This document shows, one piece after another, positions 23,503-32,282 of a stretch of DNA of 32,282 nucleotides. The number at the start of each line of letters is the position of its first letter. The stretch's first letter is position 1. The notes below the pieces were generated by a model. That model was not told the DNA's origin. It saw only the letters and a program-made list of their open reading frames with translations, and did not search any database. This stretch comes from Paraglomus brasilianum (taxonomy: Eukaryota), in NCBI GenBank assembly GCA_910592345.1, contig CAJVPI010000379.1, positions 1-32,282 of the forward strand, given 5' to 3'. The translations under genes were made by a program, and so were the position numbers.

Positions 23503-24714
23503 TTATTCCGTGGTAACAACCCCGTTTTCCAATTCCTTGGCCTGTTTGGGCCAAGCGCCAATCAACCTGATCATACTACCCCAGGCCAAGTCGATAACCC
23601 ACCGAGGCAGAAAATCATTCATCATAACATGCACCCTAGCAGCGGTTCCAATGACGTAGCGATCCTTTGGGAAACCAACTTCCATCGCCTCAACAACAGT
23701 TCTTACTACATCTCTTGGGGAATCCTCGCCGATATAAAGTTTCTGCCAGAAATCTGCGGCACGCTTGATGCATTCTTCTCCGTATAAACTCAATGTCTGC
23801 TCGGTGATGTGAGGTGAAGAGTGCAGTCGGTTGTAGGTTTCCACTGGGGTAGGCGTGCCAGTTCGAGGGCGAATTGGGCATGGTTCGATCATAGTCACAT
23901 GAATTTTCCAAGGAAGCAATTCGACCCGGATGGTATCCAGCATTGCCTCGAGCGCGTGTTTTGAAGCTGCATATGCTCCATAGAAAGGAACGGTTGTTCG
24001 GCCGAGAACCGAAGTAATATTTATAATGCGCGGAGAAATATCTTGTTCTTTCGACGGCTTTTGTATGTTGTACCTTATGTTCTGACGCAGATTAGGAAGA
24101 AGAGCTTTGATTATTTTGATGGGACCCATAAAGTTGACGTCCATCGTTTTCGTGATTTCCTCGGCAGAAGTGAGTTCAAAAGCAAAACCTTCGTTACAAC
24201 CGGCGTTGTTGATCAGAGCAAAAAGGCCTTTTTCTTTGGTATTGGTCGCAACCATACGGGCGCATGCTTGGATCGAGGTGTCCTTTGTTACATCGAGAAT
24301 AACGGGGTGAAATGTCGGTGAATGGTGGTTGGTGAGGAGTTCTCTGAAACCTGCTTCGGTAAGGCATCCTGGCGTGAAGAATGGGATGGGAATGTGGTTT
24401 AGTATTGATGCGTAATTGACATCATTGACCACACGTGCTTTTGTTCTAAATATATCCTTATTCGTCCCAAGTTACTTCTTTCTCTATTTCCCTGCCGCTC
24501 CCACCTTTTCACGCCCTCACCCTTCTTTGCCCCCCCCCCCCCTCCCTTTTTTTTTTTTACCTGCAAATACATGATAACCTCTCCTATGCAACGCCTTTGC
24601 AATCAAATTTCCAATGCCGCTATCACAACCAGTTACAAGAACGTATCGGTCCACAAACCGCTGAGTAGGCGGAGGAGAGGAGAAGAAGCTTTCGACGTAC
24701 GAAAAAATACCCAT
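23503..24714 (-). CDS. Classical short-chain dehydrogenase/reductase, retinol dehydrogenase/17beta-HSD/BDH1-like, ~339 aa; exons 24714-24561 and 24368-23503
   Basis: Exon 1 has the Rossmann motif YVLVTGCDSGIG. Intron 24560-24369 (GTAAAA...CGCCAG) restores GYHVFAGCLTEAG. Exon 2 has LINNAG, MDVNFMG, RIINITSVLG, the catalytic YAASK, and VTMIEP. The spliced CDS is 1020 nt. Confidence 0.92.
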
Positions 24715-26392
24715 TGTGTACACCGTTAAAGTAGGTGATTTAATGTGAACACGATTGAGAAGAAACTTGGAGATTGGAGATAGGTTTGTTTCGTTTCAGT
24801 TCAATAAGAGGAGTGTGATTAAGAGTAGAGTGGTAGGAGAGGAGATATGGTTTCAATTGTTGGCGGAGAGAATTTCTTTTTGTGCTTGGTGGTTGATAAC
24901 ACAAGAAAAGGGTTTTTATAAAGAGGATTCTCGTAAAAAAAAAAGGAGGATAATATCGAAAGTATATTCAACAGTTATTATGATAATGGGTTTTCAGAAA
25001 TTGGGTTATTTTTTTTTGTTGTTTTTAATGATTATGCTGAAGAGGTGGGAAAAAGGGAGGTGGGGTTTGAAAGGGTTGTTTTTGTAGTTTTTTAAACTTG
25101 TTCTTGTGTCGTCAACCTGAAAGATGGATTGTTATAGAGTAATAATAATAAATCAATCGTTACAAGAGTCGAGGTCGTTAACAAGTACCGTTTCGTTAAT
25201 AGTGTGGAATGAATGATTGCAGAAGGCGTTGAGGGATAGTTTGGATGAATTCTCGCTACTCAGAATCGAGAAAGTCAGTTTACTCCAATATTGAACATAG
25301 ACAATGTTCCCCTCTTGTCATCAGACCTGCTTATAAAGCTTTTTTTTTCTCCTTTGGAGGAATAATCCGCATAATACAATAATAAATAATAATTCTTTTG
25401 TCCAAAACAACAAAATTCATGTACGTAGGATAATTTGACATGTGAAAACATCGACGTTACCGGTTTGTTTAAGTAACACATTTGTGATTAATGAGGAAGA
25501 ATAGATGCACATGAGATTGACTGCGATGCGCACGAAGAGAGGGTGGGCAGTGGTTTGTGGCCCAAGAGATTTAAAGTAAAAAATCACGAAATATCAATAT
25601 GCCCGATGGAAATGTAGGAGGGAAGATATGTATGGAGAAAAAAAGATCACGGGGATTAAGGCGAATTTAAGAGATGGATCAAACGGGAAAATGGATTGAG
25701 TGGGCGTATTTTTGTAAAAGTTTGTTTACTGATTGTGTAAGATTTTGAACAATGAATAGAAGTGGCTATTTAATCTCAGTTGAAACTAACTTCATTATTC
25801 CTAGCATCACGACACATGTGGTATTACAATGCCACATCAATGCACATATGTATGTAGAGTATGCAGCAGAGTGATACCGTAATACTAACGAATTGCACAT
25901 AATCATTGGGCGATCGACCAACAATCAGTGTATTTATTTCAATGTGGCATTGATGTTCATACACTCTGAACTTCTCTAATACATCTCAAATGCACGCACC
26001 ATCTCTAAATGCACGCTCAGGTTTATACAAAAACCCTTCACTGTAATTTCCCTCTCTGAATGCATGCTCATGTAGTAAGGTCCCGAAAGGGGGGGAGAGT
26101 GCAGTTAGGGGAGTTTGACCGTATGTGGTAATATATTTATTATTATATATAATATCCATAATAATAACATATCGCTATATTATTCAACTATCTCTAATGC
26201 TACATATCATATGTCGTAATTTAACTTTCGGGTGTTCGGCATACGCCACAGGGTTTCAGGAAACTTTTAAGCCACAACAATTACCTAAACAGTCTAATCT
26301 GCTCACTTTCGTTTTTCCATCATCCTATTTATGGTTATCTATGATATTCTCCTTTACAAGATTGGTGGTCTTAACGTTAAACAACTTGTGAG

Positions 26393-26424
26393 AGCCATGT
26401 GCGATTATAGCCATGTGCGATTAT
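26393..26424. repeat. Perfect 16-bp tandem duplication
   Basis: AGCCATGTGCGATTAT at 26393-26408 and 26409-26424. Confidence 0.9.
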
Positions 26425-27960
26425 TCGAACACTCAATCGACAATTAAACTGCTTATAGAACCAGGTTATTTTCCTACATTTCCCTCGTTTTGTCGGGTAC
26501 CTCGTGCTTTACCAAACAAGCCAATCATCAATAGCTAAATTAATTATTAAACCTTCAGCTTTTACACTTATATTTGTTATTGTATAATCTCGATTCATCA
26601 ACTCGAAGATAATGTATGTGTATTGGTGAGTCTATCAGTTATTACTTTCTTGATTTGGTGGGTCCTTTATTGGGCACAGCCATTATTACTTTCTTCTTTA
26701 TGAAATTACTAAATTTAGTTATGATTTGTAATTTATTTCTCAGATTATCGTACCTGCTAATAATTTGCTTCTAAGTCGGTATGTGCTAGTAAGGTTTGTT
26801 GAATCATTTTTAATGCTTTCTAAACTTCCAGCTAAAATAAGCAACTATAAAATATAAAAATCAATTGCTGTATTGTGAAATCATTCGATTCTAATGCAGT
26901 TTTGCATCTACTTAATTACTGATATTCTCAACAAATACAGTAGAACTATATGTATTGTTTCGTAGTTTTGCAGAGACTTGGCAATTTATCGGTTATTGTA
27001 AATTCGATAATTTTTTACTTCACTAACTATTAATGTTTCTTGATAATGGTTATAGATCTGTAAGTTAACATAAGAGAGTCTACTAAATACTATTATCATT
27101 GAATATGGCTCATTATTCTGAAACAACGTCTATTTATTTTTCATTCTAAGTTTACCCAGGGTTAGTAGTATCTTCATAATTCATAATCTGTTGCAGCTAG
27201 CTCAAAAAAATGCGTATCTTAATAGTGAAATAAAACTTACAAAGCTAGAATACAGTTTGCAAAAAGATTGGATTTATTACTAAATTATAGCCTCGATCGA
27301 TTAATCGTGTTTCGTATAGTGCCCCTCACTATAGTCTTGACCCCTGAAATTTTCTGCGGCGTCTACACTTATTTCATTATTTTATACTATCGATAACGAA
27401 ACTCGCTATTTCACAAACGGTCAACGTCAAGGGGTGTTTGGCATATCCCCATATATAATAATAATTTATTTAGTCCAATAAAGATGGTCGGCGTTCTCTT
27501 TTGTGGAATGATCTCCAAGGATAATATGACTTTCATCGCAAATCACATTGATGATCATTTGCTAAATATATCAAACAAACCTGTCGTATCTGCTCTGAGG
27601 CTTATTTTTTTTTCACCTTACATATGCATCTACAATGTCGTAGGACATTCCAAACAATGGGAATGACATACAATATACTTATGACGACTTTGTGCGTGTA
27701 GAAGCAGATTGAAAGGTGCAGTGCGTAAATAGGATCGATATGTGACAAGAGCTATTTCTGAAGATAAAGCTTGCTTTTGGAAATCATCGGAATCAGCCTC
27801 CTATGAATATGAAAATACCTGAATCGGGAAAATGTCAAACCTCTGTGACATCCGTTTTTCGCATATTCTTATGGAAGCATCAAGTAATAGACCCAAGGAG
27901 AAGCATGATGAAATCTACTAAACAGTATCCATTGATGATGTCAAGTATTGACTATATACA

Positions 27961-28115
27961 CAGTCAACCTCGTTAATCCGAAAAAATTTTCTGGTCCCAA
28001 TTCATCAATAATAAAATTCCGAATTTTTATAATAAAATCACTGTACTCCGTAATCCGTGAGGAATGGCATGTTAATATCACCCCTTTAATCCGAAATTTG
28101 CCTTTAATTCGATTT
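27961..28115. mobile_element. Orphan pogo/Tigger-like transposon end
   Basis: CAGTCAACCTCGTTAATCCGAA at 27961, following a TA-rich site (TATATACA). Subterminal TAATCCG/TAATTCG repeats lie near 28050, 28086 and 28104. No matching inverted end found. Confidence 0.5.
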
Positions 28116-28552
28116 TATTCTTCAATCATGAACTACAAAAGCGAAAAACTCCTATTGTGCGTACAGAAAATCGCATAAAATGAAAAAGAAAAAAAAACTA
28201 AGGCAGTTTCCTATTAAAGTTAAAAGTTAGACAGTCTGTATAACAAATCATTGGTACCGTAGAACACTGAATATAGCATCCCCCTTAAGTAGTCTTCCCC
28301 TAAATTAAGACCCGGATACAAATAATTAATAGTAGTACAATCTGATAGTATGAACATTTATTATTCATCAACTAAGTACAAAAACCACTCATCGACGTAC
28401 TCATCGATGTGACAAACTCGATCAAAGCGTAACAGATGCATGCAATCAACTAAAAATTGACCGTCTGGAAATCAACAATTAGATATTAACGGCCGAGATT
28501 TATAATCAACCTATTCTAGCAGCGAAAGTAGAATCTCGTAAATCTTTTCGCA

Positions 28553-28806
28553 TCATATTTTGAATAAATCATCCCTTGTCATACCAGGCTTTCTAGGAAG
28601 CCCGGCAGGAATCACAATAATATGAGACCCAGTCACTAGACCATTATTATCTGGCAAATAGCCATTAACCACCGCTGGTGTATTAATATGACCCAAATCT
28701 GCTGCAACACTGGGAGTGTTTACAGTAACGGTATGGTTCAGCTTAAGTAGGAGCGAAAGTGGTTGACCGATACCGCCTGAAGCACTGAGGCCGCTACTTT
28801 TACCAT
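28553..28806 (-). pseudogene. MDH: Malate dehydrogenase (NAD-dependent) pseudogene, N-terminal fragment
   Basis: The minus strand from ATG 28806 reads MVKVA[frameshift][78 protein letters not shown]. These are unmistakable MDH motifs ([26 protein letters not shown], [17 protein letters not shown]). It carries a frameshift, two short deletions and a truncation. Confidence 0.92.
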
Positions 28807-29256
28807 TGTGGATTCGATGTCCTAGTTGCTATGAGAAATAACAGAGTTTGTCTGTGGGTATTAAAAAAAAACACGACTATGTCGTAATATAGAATATATA
28901 TATATACTGCCAAATTAAAGATGATGCAGAGTATGGGATGTACCACTGAGAATTTAGTTAAATTCACACGAGACGGGACATATTTTGGGTAATACGCGTA
29001 AATCGACAAATTCGGACACAATAAATAACGGTTTCTTTTATTTACTTTAAATGCACTACCGTTGGTACGTTTTTTTTAAAAAAAAAAAAAAAAAGTCTGC
29101 TAGAATATCTTGGATATGTGTGGAGATATAAATTTTTAAAAAATAAACTACTTCATTTGAAGCAATTGCAGTAAAACAAAAGATTCAACTTGAATTGCTC
29201 AACAATAATGGCTTACTGTTAAATTGGTTTATTATAGTTTTTAAGAAATACATATG

Positions 29257-29875
29257 CAGTGAAACTTGATAAGCCGAAGGTCGCGGGATGAGACAATTTA
29301 TTCGGCTTATCGAGATTTTCGTTTTATCAAATTTCGCAATAAGCCAAATTTATATATAGTTTACACAAGCTTTCGGCTTATAACAACACTATATATAAAC
29401 TTTATTATGATAAAATGCAAGAATACTCGTTTGCTGTAACTGTTATTTAGTCTCAATCGTTCTCTTTAACTTTTTTAGATTAGATAAGAAGGCAGTATCA
29501 ACTTGAAGCTCACTATCACAATCTTGAGTAATATACGGAAGCAAAGAATTGACATGCTCAAGAGCTGATTTATGAGAAATGGGTTTGACTATCGGGAAGT
29601 CTTCTGACTCCGACAAGTTGCAATAATAGATTCTGTTGTCAGCATATCCTGTACAGAGATAAAATCTTCTGAATTAACATTCTAACTTCGTCATAGGAAA
29701 GCCACGTGCGCAAAATGGATGCGATGAAGAATGGCCTATGAACAATCAAGCATGTGAAAAGAATTATCTGTCGATTTTCGATCATAGGATTTAAGAATGA
29801 ATCAATCAAGATAAATTCACGTGATCACTTCGGTATAATTATTATTATCGGTTAACCAAAGCTTTGGCTTATCGT
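29257..29875 (-). mobile_element. pogo/Tigger-like transposon relic (3' end plus C-terminal transposase remnant)
   Basis: The terminus CAGTGAAACTTGATAAGCCGAA at 29257 has inverted subterminal repeats (29265-29278 vs TTCGGCTTATCGAG 29301-29314, with more copies near 29338, 29371 and 29865). The minus strand at ~29650-29405 encodes broken MLTTESII...KPISHKSALEHVNSLLPYI...FLSNLKKLKR...LQQTSILAFY, typical of a pogo/CENP-B-type transposase tail. Confidence 0.7.
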
Positions 29876-30086
29876 TTAACGCAAATTTACTAATTAACTT
29901 TTTTTTTGTTTTAAACCATAGGCCCGAGGTAAAATCGTATTAAAAAATTAGTTAAATTATCTTAAGTATTTGTAGAGATACATATTTTTCGATAAAACCC
30001 TTATAAAATAGTATATTTCTACAACTACTGCTGAGACATATTAAAAATTCCTTAAGAATTTTGTTGGCAAGCCGTTTATTAAATCT

Positions 30087-30512
30087 TCAAGGCTTAGATA
30101 TAATTACATTGCCGTTTGCTGCGATAACAGCTTCTATTCTATTGTTCATACTCATTATTAAATTTCTATAATATTCCCGTGGAATAAGATTTGGAGAAAA
30201 TCCATTAACTCCTGTTCATTATTTGGTGGAGGTATTCTCCCATGAACACGTCTTCCCAATTCATTCCATAAATGTTCGATAGGATTGAGGTCTGGACCCA
30301 ATCTAAGACTTTTATCTCTGATTGTTCGAGAACCTGCCGAGTCATGTGACTTGTGTTACCATGTTGGAAGATATAACGGCTTTTTCGGCCGTAAACTTTT
30401 TATAAACGGTATTGGTATAGTTGAATTTTGCAACACTTCTTCAGCATATCTTTTACTATTAATCTTACCCTCTAGTCTCATAAGAGGCCCCAGTTCATTC
30501 CAAGTAAACATG
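30087..30512 (-). mobile_element. Tc1 DDE transposase remnant B (C-terminal half)
   Basis: Broken frames MFTWNELGPLMRLEGKINSKRY, YIFQHGN (degraded FQQDN), IKVLDW, PDLNPIEHLWNELGRRV and IPREYYRNLIMSMNNRIEAVIAANG. Confidence 0.85.
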
Positions 30513-31191
30513 GCACATGGATTGAATTTAATTCTTTGGCAACACGTGACGTTGCTTCGGCCAACTCCTCCCATACATTCTTCGGGCAGCAGGTAAAAGT
30601 TGTGTTTGCAGTATTCTCATATAAAAGGGACCATCCATAATAATTGTGAAACAAAACAAGGGAGAAATGCTTCCCCACGCCATTACCTTCTGGCGGGATT
30701 TGGGTAATTTTCAAATGAGTCATCACCAGTTTTGTTTCGAAAAAGATCAAAGGCTATCTTATCCGTAAATATTGTTCTGTGTTCCAATTGTCATTCGCAT
30801 GCGCCTGTGTCCAAGCCTTTCTCATCTCAATATGCCGTTCGGTGAGCATCGGCGTTGCTAAATGCAGAACTTTTATACCCCTTTTTTTTTATGTAATCCC
30901 ATACAATGCAGCAGTAACATGCGAAAATTGGTATATTCTGCGTGTTTTCTACTTTTACAGCAAGTTGACGGGTCGAAAGAACACTATTACGGCGTATATT
31001 ATATGTTTGTATAACCTTAGTTTTACGTCCGTTTCCTCGCTTGTGCTCAACGGTGCCTGTTTCTCTTGGGATTACGTTCAACAGTACGAAGGCGATTGTT
31101 TGTTATTTTGTGTATTCTTTGGCTGAATTGGTACCGTTGAGCCAGTCATGTTTAATTGTTTGTTTTTGGGCTTCGAGCTTCGCGTTACCAT
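30513..31191 (-). mobile_element. Tc1 transposase remnant A (HTH region through the second-D region)
   Basis: From ATG 31191, frameshifted segments read EAQKQTIKHDWLNGTNSAKE, RETGTVEHKRGNGRKTKV, STRQLAVKVE, TPMLTERHIEMRKAW, TIFTDKIAFDLFRNK, PKSRQKVMAWGSIS, IMDGPFYMRILQTQLLPAARRMYGRSW and TSRVAKE. Confidence 0.85.
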
Positions 31192-31386
31192 CTTTACGAA
31201 GGTGTAAGTAACAAAAAAGCTAACTGGATGTGGAATTGATAATATTTTGTAGTACAAGTATTATTAATAACGCATATTTCTTCTATCCATTCTTTACATT
31301 CTTCATAAGTACAGTGATAATATTGGAACAATTTATTGGAAAGTTGGAAAATATCAATTTCCAAAAACGATATTTGTAACATTATA

Positions 31387-32136
31387 CAGTCGCACCTGTC
31401 TATTTGCATACTGTTGGGACTGATAGATTTTTATGCAAATAGACGAATGTGCAAATACACGTTTGTTGATATCAATCACATGATCAGATTACTCAAAAAA
31501 AATTTTTTTTATAATTATGCGCTCGTAAATATGTTATCGCTATCATTTTACAATGAAGAATACTACATTAAGCAATCAAAGAAGCAATAACTTTCGAGAT
31601 AGAGAGATATATTACAGCCTTAAGGTATTTAATATCCCAACTTTAACGTTAATGTTTCATTGTTATATTATCGTTATTGTCATTATTATTATTTAGATAC
31701 AGAAACCCTATGAGAACGGAAGATTTCTTGAAATAGAAGAACTTGTGGATGAGGAGACAATAATTTAATTAATCCAAGGCGGTGAAAATCGGGATGAGGG
31801 AGAAGATAATGAGGGAGAAATGAGTTGCCAGTTGTTCCTGCTAAGGAAAAGTTGAAAGCGTTAGAAATAATCAATATATTTTTGTTGCAACAGTCTAGAA
31901 ACTGTTCGGATGAGATTAGGAAGTTAACTAGCATACATAGCAAATGATTTATTCTGAGTCTCTGAAACAAAGCGACATTAGTAATTTTTTACGCCACAAT
32001 AATAAAATTTAAATCTGGTTGATCTCTCCTTTTATGGCAAATACACGTTGCTAGAGTTAGGGCCACTTTTATGCAAATAGCCTATAGGTCCCACTAAGGG
32101 ACCGGGCTCCTTTATGCAAATAGACAGGTGCGATTG
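31387..32136 (+). mobile_element. Complete 750-bp non-autonomous pogo/Tigger-like element (internally deleted)
   Basis: 24-bp TIRs CAGTCGCACCTGTCTATTTGCATA (31387-31410) and TATGCAAATAGACAGGTGCGATTG (32113-32136) differ by 1 mismatch. TA target duplications lie at 31385-31386 and 32137-32138, with subterminal TGCAAATAG/GCAAATACACG repeats at both ends. The internal remnant NPMRTEDFL..LVDEETII..ELPVVPAKEKLKALEIINIFLLQQ..LKQSDISNF matches a pogo transposase C-terminus. Confidence 0.92.
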
Positions 32137-32282
32137 TATTATTATCGTTTCTAGATTTTGTTGATAATGATCGGCAGTAACACTGCGAAAATTTGTAGTA
32201 AGGGATATGTCAGATTGGAATAGTAAAGACAACCAGGTAACAACATTATAAAATTATTTATTGGCATTACGATACCAACCCT

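Noticed and set aside
23122..23787. 221-aa plus-strand ORF
   Set aside because: It is antisense to the SDR 3' end and its T-rich UTR, with a low-complexity Phe-rich translation; a shadow ORF.
19752..27982. CAGTCAAC termini at 19775 and 27961 as ends of one large element carrying the SDR gene
   Set aside because: They face outward, away from each other, and diverge after 8 bp.
27961..29280. MDH fragment as cargo of a Pack-type TIR element
   Set aside because: The two flanking termini (27961 and 29257) point the same way and differ in sequence, so they are not an inverted pair.
4630..29824. Recurrent TCACGTGA palindromes (4630, 8975, 22314, 29817)
   Set aside because: This is a common bHLH-type motif with no consistent position relative to the genes, so no function can be assigned from this window.

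Overview
This is eukaryotic, intron-rich fungal DNA. The gene families, short GT-AG introns and transposon types point to a Glomeromycotina/Mucoromycota-like genome (inference). Five apparently intact genes can be spliced by hand: (1) a 5'-partial coiled-coil protein whose hidden last exon gives a GrpE-like C-terminus (<1-1296, +); (2) a 10-exon HSPA12-type atypical Hsp70 just 559 bp downstream (1856-4259, +); (3) a BTB-BACK protein with a hydrophobic tail anchor (5875-4730, -); (4) an F-box/LRR-like protein (14439-13294, -); (5) a retinol-dehydrogenase-like SDR (24714-23503, -). The long intergenic tracts hold decayed, unidentifiable gene fragments and a CpG-depleted island. The last ~4.5 kb is a transposon graveyard: pogo/Tigger-like relics, a complete 750-bp TIR element, a chimera of two Tc1 transposases, and a malate dehydrogenase pseudogene missing from the ORF track. 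The best candidate for an undescribed system is the tandem GrpE-like gene + HSPA12-like Hsp70 pair, which mirrors bacterial grpE-dnaK. No database searches were run; family calls rest on motif recognition.
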